A stretch of 20,000 nt of DNA from the IMG/VR virus record IMGVR_UViG_3300042445_002545; one strand, given 5' to 3'. Shown piece by piece: positions 9,563-17,435 of the stretch. The position numbers and the translations under genes are program-made. The notes under the pieces were generated by a model that saw only the letters and a list, made by a program, of their open reading frames with translations, was not told where the DNA came from and searched no databases. Source of the stretch: an uncultured virus (IMG/VR IMGVR_UViG_3300042445_002545) (lineage: Duplodnaviria; Heunggongvirae; Uroviricota; Caudoviricetes). Each line of letters opens with the position of its first letter. Positions within the stretch are counted from its first letter, which is position 1.

Positions 9563-10675
9563 ATGAGTCAAATAAACGTAGACATTATCACACCAAATGT
9601 GACAACAAATTTAACATTAACAGCTCCTGTTCAACAGGGGAACACAACCGCTAGTGGTTCTGATTCATCATCATGGGGTAAAAGTACAGCCGCAATCGGA
9701 GATTCCTCTCATGCTGAAGGTAGTCAAACAACCGCAACTGGTGATGCATCGCATACTGAGGGTAGTTATACAGCTGCTAGTGGTGCTGATTCACACGCTG
9801 AAGGTGAAAGTACAACGGCTAGTGGTAGTGCATCACACGCTGAAGGTTATTTATCAATAGCTAGTGGTAATTATTCACATGCTGAAGGTAGAGCTACAAC
9901 TGCTAGTAAGTTGTATTCGCATGCTGAAGGTTATTTATCAATTGCTAGTGGTAACACATCACATGCTGAAGGTAGTAGTACAAGAGCTGGTGGTGATTCA
10001 TCACATGCTGAAGGTAAAGGTGCAATAGCTAATGGTGGTAGTTCGCATGCTGAAGGATTTGTTACAAGTGCACTTGGTGATAATTCTCATGCTGAAGGTA
10101 GATTAACATACGCTGGTGGTGATAATTCACATGCTGAAGGTGATACAACATATGCTATTTTTGCTAACTCACATGCTGAAGGTTATGCTACAACTGCTGA
10201 AGGTGAGGCATCACACGCTGAAGGATATGAAACAATAGCAAGTGGTATTAATTCACACGCTGAAGGTAGTAGAGCAATAGCAAGTGGTGCTAATTCACAT
10301 GCTGAAGGTAATGGTAGTGATGCTATTGGTCTTGCGTCACACGCTGAAGGTCAACAAACAACGGCTAGTGGTGACTATTCACATAGTGAGGGTAATTTAA
10401 CAATAGCTAGTGGTAGTTTTTCACATGCTGGCGGTACAAATTCAACTGCTAGTGGTCTTTCATCATTTGTACATTCATATAGTTCAACAGTTAGTGGTGC
10501 TAGAAGTGCAATTATCGGTGGTGCTGGTATTATTGGTACAGCGGATGATACAGTTTATGTTCCAAGTCTTGAAACTAACGTGGTTGGTGAAGGTGTAATA
10601 ATGAAAAGTCCAAATGGAACTAGATATAAAGTAACTGTTAGTGATGCTGGTGTATTAACTGTAGTTGCAGCTTAA
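9563..10675 (+). CDS. Tail-fibre/adhesin-like protein with about 18 tandem 14-aa SHAEG repeats
   Basis: xxxxASGxxSHAEG period-14 repeats (YadA-head-like beta-roll) and C-terminal MKSPNGTRYKVTVSDAGVL motif typical of phage fibres. Confidence 0.8.
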   Translation: MSQINVDIITPNVTTNLTLTAPVQQGNTTASGSDSSSWGKSTAAIGDSSHAEGSQTTATGDASHTEGSYTAASGADSHAEGESTTASGSASHAEGYLSIASGNYSHAEGRATTASKLYSHAEGYLSIASGNTSHAEGSSTRAGGDSSHAEGKGAIANGGSSHAEGFVTSALGDNSHAEGRLTYAGGDNSHAEGDTTYAIFANSHAEGYATTAEGEASHAEGYETIASGINSHAEGSRAIASGANSHAEGNGSDAIGLASHAEGQQTTASGDYSHSEGNLTIASGSFSHAGGTNSTASGLSSFVHSYSSTVSGARSAIIGGAGIIGTADDTVYVPSLETNVVGEGVIMKSPNGTRYKVTVSDAGVLTVVAA

Positions 10676-10696
10676 ACGTAATAAAAATAAATTAAT

Positions 10697-10726
10697 AAAA
10701 ACCACAGTTTTCTGTGGTTTTTTTTT
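10697..10726 (+). terminator. Intrinsic terminator, possibly bidirectional
   Basis: AAAA-ACCACAG-TTTT-CTGTGGT-TTTTTTTT between convergent genes. Confidence 0.85.
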
Positions 10727-10738
10727 GTTTAATACTTT

Positions 10739-10963
10739 TTATTCTTTATATCTAAGTTTATTGAGTAAAATTGTTGTTGATGATTCAGGTAACATACTTT
10801 CACCACCACGTAAACTTAGTACTTTTTCACCATTGGTGATGAACATCATTTGACCTTCTAACCCTTTAGTAGTTTTAACCAAAGTATCTCGATTACCATT
10901 TATAAGTATTAACTTATGTTTCTGTATTAGCTCAGCTAATTCTGTATAAAATTCTCTTGTCAT
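10739..10963 (-). CDS. Hypothetical protein (74 aa)
   Basis: Starts 2 nt after the RNA ligase stop codon. Confidence 0.7.
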   Translation of the reverse strand: MTREFYTELAELIQKHKLILINGNRDTLVKTTKGLEGQMMFITNGEKVLSLRGGESMLPESSTTILLNKLRYKE

Positions 10964-10965
10964 AA

Positions 10966-12084
10966 TTATAACATTTTATATAATGACTTATCGTCATAGT
11001 TTAACATATATTCATTTACTGATGGTATTTTACCATCAACTAATCCAAAGCACATTCCTGTGAAAGGTTTTAAATCATATTTATCACATAACTCAAATAC
11101 CTTAGCAGCATATCTCTTTTTTTCAGATGCTATTATACTATTAGGTTTATGCAACTTTAATTCTTCCCACAAAAACTTTAATCTATTAACCAAATCATCA
11201 TAACCTTCTTTTAATCTCAATAATTCATCTTTTCTATCTGGGAAAGTTGAAATGAATTCTTCAATTTCATTGGTTTTAACAATCACCATAATATTGTGTT
11301 CAGCAGTTTTACCTTTTAAGTGGTGAACGGCCAGGTAGGCTGGATTTTTGATTTTAACTCTATTGTCATCAGCATCTCTAACCACATAGCCTTCTTCAGA
11401 CCATGGCATGTTTTCAAATGTCTTGATTAATGTACCAGCATTCTTAGCATTTAAATCATAAGATTTAACCAATGGTATTCCTAATGATACCGAAACCATA
11501 AATAAATCATTGTATGGTATTTCTTTTAATGTTAATCTATTTCTAACAGCCAATAATTTAGATGATGATTCACCATGTGGTGTTACAACAATATTATATG
11601 GTGTTGTTAATTCAAAAACATATACATGGTCCTTATCTAATAGACAAGTGTTAAATGAATACTTTGAAATAACAGTGTCCCAAAATAATTCATTAAATGT
11701 TGTCCCGTATTTGTTATTAACTTCCCCTTCACCTTCAGCAGTACCCGTAGTTGCCGCAAACCAAATTTCTTTATGCCAATCCCAATAAACTTGAATCATT
11801 GTACCATCTTCTTTATTAAGAACATGTGCGGTATCCCAGTTTATTTTAGCCGCATGACCTTCAGCATTATTAAAAAACTTTCTAAATGCTAATGATATAA
11901 CTTTTAAAGTATCTTTCTCAAGGATAAGACCTCTACAATCCTTAACTTCTTCTAAGGACATATTAGACTCTATTTGATTGTATTTTAAAAGTATTTTGTG
12001 TTCATACTCTTTCACTATCAATTTAAACTCTGAAACAGCTTTATTAAGCCCATTTTTATTTATGTATTCTACTATTGCTAACAT
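10966..12084 (-). CDS. RNA ligase, T4 Rnl1-like
   Basis: N-terminal LLKY..CRGLIL..AFRKFFN, motif I KEDGT, VFEL..PYNIVV, EEGYVV, RVKIKNPAYL. Confidence 0.9.
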   Translation of the reverse strand: MLAIVEYINKNGLNKAVSEFKLIVKEYEHKILLKYNQIESNMSLEEVKDCRGLILEKDTLKVISLAFRKFFNNAEGHAAKINWDTAHVLNKEDGTMIQVYWDWHKEIWFAATTGTAEGEGEVNNKYGTTFNELFWDTVISKYSFNTCLLDKDHVYVFELTTPYNIVVTPHGESSSKLLAVRNRLTLKEIPYNDLFMVSVSLGIPLVKSYDLNAKNAGTLIKTFENMPWSEEGYVVRDADDNRVKIKNPAYLAVHHLKGKTAEHNIMVIVKTNEIEEFISTFPDRKDELLRLKEGYDDLVNRLKFLWEELKLHKPNSIIASEKKRYAAKVFELCDKYDLKPFTGMCFGLVDGKIPSVNEYMLNYDDKSLYKML

Positions 12085-12102
12085 ACTTTAATTATTTATT
12101 GA

Positions 12103-12134
12103 CAAATATACATAAAAAAAAGGTAACCACCAAA
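12103..12134 (-). promoter_or_regulatory. Bacteroidota sigmaA-type promoter for the Rnl1 gene
   Basis: TTTG(12134-12131)-N20-TATATTTG(12110-12103). Confidence 0.82.
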
Positions 12135-12147
12135 TGATTACCTTTTT
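12114..12147 (-). terminator. Intrinsic terminator overlapping the Rnl1 promoter
   Basis: AAAAAGGTAA...TTACCTTTTT inverted repeat with T-runs, downstream of the secreted-protein gene. Confidence 0.65.
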
Positions 12148-12166
12148 ATTTTTACTTTATTTTTAA

Positions 12167-13240
12167 TTATCTATAAATTCTTTCAGTTGTACCATCAGTA
12201 TAGTGAACAATTAAGTTACCTTTAACATCATCATTTACAATTTGACCTAATAAATTCGTAAAGTATAAGACTTCTTTTGTTTTACCAAGATTGTTAAGGC
12301 TTATTGTCTTAAAAGTTTCTGATTGACCGTCAATATCTACCTGGGTTAATCTATAATAATTAATTGCTGCTTCATAAGTGAAGTCTCTGAAACTATAATC
12401 AATTTTAGATGTGGAATTACCAGCACCGTTCTGATTATTGACTACAGACCAATTAAACCCGTCTGTGGAACGTTCTACTAAATAATAATCATTATTATGT
12501 TCAGTTGCACTTGACCAGGTTAATAAATTATAAGTATTTTGGTTAGTAGCATCAAAATTAATCAATTCAATAGGTAATGAATATACTCGAATCAATTCAA
12601 AATTATCAAACCACCATTCTTCACCATCTGAATTAACCCTTGAAGGAATTTCGAATCTTAATTGGGTTACCCCTATGGGTAATGTTAATTCTATGATAGA
12701 GTAACCATCACCCGTTGATGTTCTATCCCCACCAGCAATTGGTGAATATATTGTCATTAACCCATTAGCGATTTTAGATGCAATAGCATTAGTGTTATAA
12801 TTCCATAAAGTACCACCGCTGCCATTTGGATTAATACCCGTTATTCTCATTTCAGTTTTCCATGAAGTCCCATTATTTGAACTATATCGAACATCAAAAT
12901 AATCAGGCGAATCAGTACCAGCAGTTATTGCAGTAGGGTTATTGATTTTATAGGACCCAGCTCTAAATTTAAACATGTAGGTTGATGTAGAACTTAAACC
13001 TGTTATATTGGTTAGGCTATATGTTCCAGATTCAACATTAGAACCCCCATTACCTGAACCAATTAATGCAGCGCTAGATGTTGATGAAACAAACACATTT
13101 GTAGAATACCAACAAGGTCCACATCCAACGCCCCATCCACCTGACCAATTCCCAGTCTCAATATAATTATACGCTATTAATGTTTGACCATATGATAATG
13201 TATTTAATAATAAAAATAATGATAATAATAATCTTTTCAT
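12167..13240 (-). CDS. Secreted Bacteroidota-type beta-sandwich protein with LPIELxxF Ig-like domain and CTD-like tail
   Basis: Signal peptide MKRLLLSLFLLLNTLSYG followed by Q; LPIELINFDA..LTWSSATEHNNDYYLVERSTDG..YYRLTQVDIDG; C-terminal NLLGQ..YTDG. Start 13240 preferred over 13258. Confidence 0.8.
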   Translation of the reverse strand: MKRLLLSLFLLLNTLSYGQTLIAYNYIETGNWSGGWGVGCGPCWYSTNVFVSSTSSAALIGSGNGGSNVESGTYSLTNITGLSSTSTYMFKFRAGSYKINNPTAITAGTDSPDYFDVRYSSNNGTSWKTEMRITGINPNGSGGTLWNYNTNAIASKIANGLMTIYSPIAGGDRTSTGDGYSIIELTLPIGVTQLRFEIPSRVNSDGEEWWFDNFELIRVYSLPIELINFDATNQNTYNLLTWSSATEHNNDYYLVERSTDGFNWSVVNNQNGAGNSTSKIDYSFRDFTYEAAINYYRLTQVDIDGQSETFKTISLNNLGKTKEVLYFTNLLGQIVNDDVKGNLIVHYTDGTTERIYR

Positions 13241-13290
13241 AAGTTTGTGTTTTATCATAAATATAACACAAATTCATAAAAAAATAAATA

Positions 13291-13590
13291 CTATTTATTT
13301 CTATCTTTTAAGATTTTTATTAATTTTTCAAGTTCTGAAAAACTTAAATCACCAAGTAATCCCATTATTTCACTTTCTTCCATCATTTTCTTAGCAGCTA
13401 TCATACTGCACATTTCAGAAAATATATGCATATCATTTTCATCATATATTAATGAGCTAATAAAGATTATAAAATTACCAATAGTGCTAATTACATAATC
13501 TTGTTTATCTTCACCTTCCATTATCAAGGCTTCACCTATCTTTAGTAGTTTAATAGATAACTCATCATATCTTTCCATATTATCTTCCAT
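13291..13590 (-). CDS. Hypothetical protein (99 aa)
   Basis: Co-oriented ORF; no motif recognised. Confidence 0.7.
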   Translation of the reverse strand: MEDNMERYDELSIKLLKIGEALIMEGEDKQDYVISTIGNFIIFISSLIYDENDMHIFSEMCSMIAAKKMMEESEIMGLLGDLSFSELEKLIKILKDRNK

Positions 13591-13623
13591 CGATTCTTTT
13601 TTGTAAAAATATGAGTTTTTTTA

Positions 13624-14100
13624 TTAATCGACAACAAACCAATCAGGTTTTTTTCTATTTTTCCAGTCAGCTAAGCTTTTTTTATGTGTCATATAGTATA
13701 ATCTATATGAATCAACGACTGAATCGATTTTACAATCATCTGGCATGGCCATAGCAAAGTTTGTTATATCACCATTGGTTGGTATATTTGGTGTGTTTAT
13801 CAGGCACCATTCAATAACATCCTGAGATTTGTGTCTTTTACCATAACGATATGTATATTCCTCACATAATGACATACCCAAATCACACAACCAAATATAA
13901 TTTTCAATACACTCCCTGGTCCAAATTGAACATGGGTGATTTTTATGTGATAACTTATACGGTATTAGATATTGGCTATCAGTTACATGATGAACACCGC
14001 ATAATAATTGAGCCGTTTCCAATATCATCTTAACTACATGTTTATTATTGTGCATTTGCGCAGCAACTTGTGGATTTTCATCTAGAACAAAAATATTCAT
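13624..14100 (-). CDS. Pyrimidine-dimer DNA glycosylase / endonuclease V-like protein
   Basis: MNIFVLD..HVVKMILETAQLL, HKNHPCSIW, EYTYRYGKRHKS, AMPD, YRLYY. Confidence 0.82.
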   Translation of the reverse strand: MNIFVLDENPQVAAQMHNNKHVVKMILETAQLLCGVHHVTDSQYLIPYKLSHKNHPCSIWTRECIENYIWLCDLGMSLCEEYTYRYGKRHKSQDVIEWCLINTPNIPTNGDITNFAMAMPDDCKIDSVVDSYRLYYMTHKKSLADWKNRKKPDWFVVD

Positions 14101-14102
14101 AT

Positions 14103-15038
14103 TTATTTTTTTATTTCAGTAACTTTTCCAATAACGTTGAATGGTTTTATTTTTCTCCATTCAGTAATATCATTACTCATAACAGCTTTACCACCATTTG
14201 GGTTAACAGCTATTGTGATGTGTGGTGTTGCATTTTTAGTTGGGTAACCCTCAACTTTAACAGCCATAGCCATATCAGATAACCCCAATTCCGTAACTTT
14301 AAGTGTTATATCTTTACCTAAATCTTCTTTGTTCGGTACTGGTTTACCAAATACAATTGTCATATGGTGTGTGATTATACTCCAACCATCTGGAATTTCA
14401 TTTTCAACCCTAGATAATAGTGAACTTCTAGAACCACCATCTAAAACAACAGCAGAATATAATACATCAGATTCTTTATACATATCTTTTGAACCCATAA
14501 CACTAGCAACACTTAATGGGCCTTGACCAGCGTGACTAGCTATCATTGATTCAATCTTTTCCAATGGAACACCATGAGTATTCCTATCAGCTAATTCTTG
14601 TGCTGATAACCCACCAGTACCAATATCAACAAATTGAATGTTTTTATCATCCAATCCCAAATCCAATGCTGATTTAACAGCAACTTTAGATTCGTTTTGT
14701 TTAATATTTGTATTATCTAAGATAACTGGTGATGCACCACTTTTTAATGAATTGGTAAGATTGGTAAGATTTGTTGAATGCGCTTTAGATAAAGGACTAA
14801 AGTCTTTAGTTGTAATCATCTTTTCGAAGAATTCCCTGTAATCACCTTGAGCTTCAATAACATCATCTGTTGAATGAATAATACCATCAGTACCAGCTAA
14901 TTCTTTTGCTTTTGTTGATTTACCAGAACCTGGAATTCCCCTCATTACAATAAGTACCTGGTCTGGTCTAGTAATAGTTACACCTAATGAATTTTTAAGC
15001 GTACCTTCTCTTAATATAGATTTAATTTTATCTTTCAT
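14103..15038 (-). CDS. Polynucleotide kinase (P-loop) fused to a 2H cyclic phosphodiesterase; RNA end-healing enzyme
   Basis: MRGIPGSGKST, STDD, ILDNTN, RNTHGVP (N4BP2/CNPase-like kinase), then HHMTI and PHITI 2H motifs. Confidence 0.87.
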   Translation of the reverse strand: MKDKIKSILREGTLKNSLGVTITRPDQVLIVMRGIPGSGKSTKAKELAGTDGIIHSTDDVIEAQGDYREFFEKMITTKDFSPLSKAHSTNLTNLTNSLKSGASPVILDNTNIKQNESKVAVKSALDLGLDDKNIQFVDIGTGGLSAQELADRNTHGVPLEKIESMIASHAGQGPLSVASVMGSKDMYKESDVLYSAVVLDGGSRSSLLSRVENEIPDGWSIITHHMTIVFGKPVPNKEDLGKDITLKVTELGLSDMAMAVKVEGYPTKNATPHITIAVNPNGGKAVMSNDITEWRKIKPFNVIGKVTEIKK

Positions 15039-15042
15039 ATCA

Positions 15043-15074
15043 CAAAGATATAAAATATATTTAAATATAACAAA
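15043..15074 (-). promoter_or_regulatory. Bacteroidota sigmaA-type promoter
   Basis: TTTG(15074-15071)-N20-TATCTTTG(15050-15043), 4 nt before the ATG. Confidence 0.8.
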
Positions 15075-15076
15075 TT

Positions 15077-15754
15077 TTACGAATAATAACTTGAATAAAC
15101 GTTATGTGTTAACCCATAATCAATCAATACGATTTTATCTTGCCCATCTCTTTTGACAATTCCATAAGAATTTAACCTTTCTAAATCACCTGTTGGTACT
15201 GCGTAATTACCTATAAAAGAAAACATTTCATACATGAATTCATTTTCCCACATATCATCAGCTAATTCTTTATCCATATCATATTTAAAACCTTTTGAAT
15301 TACCAGAATCAATACCATAATTATGAATACCTACTTGGTAATCTTCAAAACTATAACCAATTATTCTTTTAAAATCAGATTTTTTAACTTTAGTGGCTAA
15401 TTCCATTTCCACCCAAAAACTATTTTCCTCATCATAATCAAATATTTGTGCTACTATATCTGAAATATCATTATATTGACCATATTCAATTTCAACTTCG
15501 TTTTGAGCAATTCCTTTTTTGTTTTTAGCCAATTTAAGTACTTTGATGTTGTCAATAATATAAACAATACGAGATGACCCAGAAGCAATTTTCTTAAGGT
15601 GTTCTTCACAATATCTAACCCTTTCAGCAAATTTAGTAAGTGTTTTAAAGTGTTCTATGTCAAATGTTGATGGGTAATCCTCATCAACCATCATATTTTC
15701 AATTATATTTAAAGTAATTGATTCTGTCAACTTTTGTTTAATAAAATCTTTCAT
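15077..15754 (-). CDS. Protein kinase-like fold protein
   Basis: IASGSSRIVY (Gly loop), VLKLAK (Lys), QNEVE (helix C Glu), GDLERLNSYG (catalytic loop), LIDYG (DFG equivalent). Confidence 0.72.
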   Translation of the reverse strand: MKDFIKQKLTESITLNIIENMMVDEDYPSTFDIEHFKTLTKFAERVRYCEEHLKKIASGSSRIVYIIDNIKVLKLAKNKKGIAQNEVEIEYGQYNDISDIVAQIFDYDEENSFWVEMELATKVKKSDFKRIIGYSFEDYQVGIHNYGIDSGNSKGFKYDMDKELADDMWENEFMYEMFSFIGNYAVPTGDLERLNSYGIVKRDGQDKIVLIDYGLTHNVYSSYYS

Positions 15755-15805
15755 TGTACTATTTTATAATAAATACCTATTAAGAATGTAAAATACTTTT
15801 TAAAC

Positions 15806-16183
15806 TTATTTTTTAGGTTTTGTTTTTAACTTAATAAGTTTCTTTTTTGCTATTGGTTTCTTTTTAACTTTTTTCTTAATTTTAGCTTTTCTAGTGAAAC
15901 CACCAATACCACCAACCTTAAGATTCATGCATTTACCATTCTTAACTTTAGATAATGTAACAATAGCTCTTTCCCTCTCAGCTAATAATTCTCGACTTTC
16001 AACTATTTCTAAAATATCAACTCTATGTTTTTCTTTACCATATCTTTTTATTGAAAATTTTATTGCTTTACCAGAACCCATATAACCATCTTCCAGATTA
16101 TCGGTTGAATGCATACCAATATAATATTTGTTATTAACTAAACATGTTGTTTTGTATATGATATGATATTTTTTTTCATTCAA
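15806..16183 (-). CDS. GIY-YIG endonuclease (Seg-like) with Lys-rich tail
   Basis: IIYKTTCLVNNKYYIGMH, YMGSG, conserved Glu, CMNLKVGG; TTG start. Confidence 0.82.
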   Translation of the reverse strand: MNEKKYHIIYKTTCLVNNKYYIGMHSTDNLEDGYMGSGKAIKFSIKRYGKEKHRVDILEIVESRELLAERERAIVTLSKVKNGKCMNLKVGGIGGFTRKAKIKKKVKKKPIAKKKLIKLKTKPKK

Positions 16184-16192
16184 TGGTGTATT

Positions 16193-16837
16193 CTAATCGT
16201 TAAATAAGTTAGTTTTAATTATAAAATTTTCAGCTAATTCCATTATTTTATTTTGAATATCTTCTGGTAACTCATCAAATATTGAATCAATATCAATACT
16301 TTGACCATCTAATGTTTCAAATTTGTTTAATTGTTCATAATATCTAATGATATCACCAGAGGTTAGTTTGATTTTTTTAAACCTATCTTTGTTTGGTTGC
16401 ACTTGTGGTGGTTGTTGTTCTTTACCAGTAACATAAAGAATTTGGTTTGATGTAGCAAAATCCTTTTTTCTCATAATGGTTTTACTTATTAAATCTAACT
16501 CACCATTTTCCTTATCCCAACTTATAGTAAACGGGATATTAATATTTGTTGGGTTATTTTTAAATACAGCCTCAAAACCATCTTTATATTTAATTAACTG
16601 CTCTTTGTATTGTGAATAAATCTTTTTAAAGATATCCCTAAGTTCTTCAATTGTAATTTCCTTACCATTTCTAACATCATTCACCCTATCCAAAAAATGT
16701 TTTGTAAATTCAATATCAACACCAACACTTTTAAATAAATTATCTAATTCAATTTCTAATTTACCAAGCTGAGATGATGTGACGTAATCTTCTCTTAAAA
16801 GACTTTCCCTTAATAATTTTTTAATTAATGATTTCAT
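16193..16837 (-). CDS. Hypothetical phage protein with FTKHFLDRV motif (possible RelE/BECR-like domain)
   Basis: IEFTKHFLDRVND...INIPF...KTIMRK; fold assignment tentative. Confidence 0.7.
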   Translation of the reverse strand: MKSLIKKLLRESLLREDYVTSSQLGKLEIELDNLFKSVGVDIEFTKHFLDRVNDVRNGKEITIEELRDIFKKIYSQYKEQLIKYKDGFEAVFKNNPTNINIPFTISWDKENGELDLISKTIMRKKDFATSNQILYVTGKEQQPPQVQPNKDRFKKIKLTSGDIIRYYEQLNKFETLDGQSIDIDSIFDELPEDIQNKIMELAENFIIKTNLFND

Positions 16838-16887
16838 ATATTATAAATATCATTAAAAAATTAAAAATTTGACATATTAGTAAATAG

Positions 16888-16972
16888 CGGAGAGTGTGGG
16901 ATTCGAACCCACGGACCCCTTTCAGGGCCACGGTTTAGCAAACCGCTCCATTAACCACTCTGGCAACTCTCC
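16888..16972 (-). tRNA. trnS: tRNA-Ser(GCT)
   Basis: GGAGAGT/ACTCTCC acceptor, loop TTGCTAA, long variable arm, TTCGAAT, G73. Confidence 0.95.
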
Positions 16973-16977
16973 GATTG

Positions 16978-17050
16978 TACCCCTACAGGGATTCTAACCC
17001 CGATTAAGCCCTTAGAAGGGGCTGGTCCTATACAGTTGAACGATAGGGGC
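16978..17050 (-). tRNA. trnR: tRNA-Arg(TCT), non-canonical elbow
   Basis: GCCCCTA/TAGGGGT; AGCCC-CTTCTAA-GGGCT; D-loop AACTGTATA; T-loop TTAGAAT. Confidence 0.88.
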
Positions 17051-17061
17051 ATATTATGCAG

Positions 17062-17135
17062 TGACCACGGTAGGATTCGAACCTACAGCCTCCGCAGTCG
17101 TAATGCGGTGCGCTATCCAGTTGCGCCACGTAGCC
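17062..17135 (-). tRNA. trnR: tRNA-Arg(ACG)
   Basis: GGCTACG/CGTGGTC; CCGCA-TTACGAC-TGCGG; canonical D and T arms. Confidence 0.95.
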
Positions 17136-17165
17136 ATAATTGTAATATTTTTGATGTGATTAGTG

Positions 17166-17235
17166 TACCGCCTGTGAGGTTCGAACTCACCTTTCCATCC
17201 ATATGAGGGATAGTTGTACTCCACTGACTAGCGGC
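17166..17235 (-). tRNA. Atypical tRNA with CAT anticodon (Met or Ile2), degenerate D arm
   Basis: GCCGCT/GGCGGT acceptor (6 bp), TATCC-CTCATAT-GGATG, GTGAG-TTCGAAC-CTCAC; D stem poorly formed. Confidence 0.7.
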
Positions 17236-17237
17236 AT

Positions 17238-17348
17238 TTTGGTCGATGTCTAGAATCTTTAACCTCCTTTCTTGGCAAGGTCTCCATCATGGGTTCCGTT
17301 GATTGATTCATCTTTATAACCCCATACGGAACAAGCGGGGTAACCAAA
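17238..17348 (-). ncRNA. Candidate pseudoknotted structured RNA, family unknown
   Basis: Closing TTTGGTT/GACCAAA stem; crossing helices ACCCC/GGGGT and GTTCCGT/ACGGAAC; GC-richer than ordinary spacers. Confidence 0.45.
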
Positions 17349-17356
17349 TTATTTTG

Positions 17357-17430
17357 CTCTTCAGGAGGGATTCGAACCCCCAACCCATCGGTTAACAACC
17401 GATTGCTCTGACCATTATAGCTACCGAAGA
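17357..17430 (-). tRNA. trnN: tRNA-Asn(GTT)
   Basis: TCTTCGG/CTGAAGA, ATCGG-TTGTTAA-CCGAT, G73. Confidence 0.95.
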
Positions 17431-17435
17431 ATAAA

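Noticed and set aside
9563..10675. Diversity-generating retroelement repeats
   Set aside because: Repeats are in-frame protein repeats with no adenine-specific TR/VR pair and no reverse transcriptase.
15806..16183. Group I intron or intein hosting the GIY-YIG gene
   Set aside because: Flanking genes are complete and spacers are too short (about 50 and 9 nt) for a ribozyme core; it is free-standing.
16978..17050. Amber suppressor tRNA (CTA occurs in the loop) and TAG recoding
   Set aside because: The 5-bp stem AGCCC/GGGCT centres TCT, A20 fits Arg, and genes translate intact under code 11 with TAG used as a stop.
17238..17348. tRNA-associated theta/HDV-like or hammerhead ribozyme
   Set aside because: No P3/L3/P1.1 nested arrangement and no CUGANGA/GAAA core found by eye; kept as an unknown RNA.
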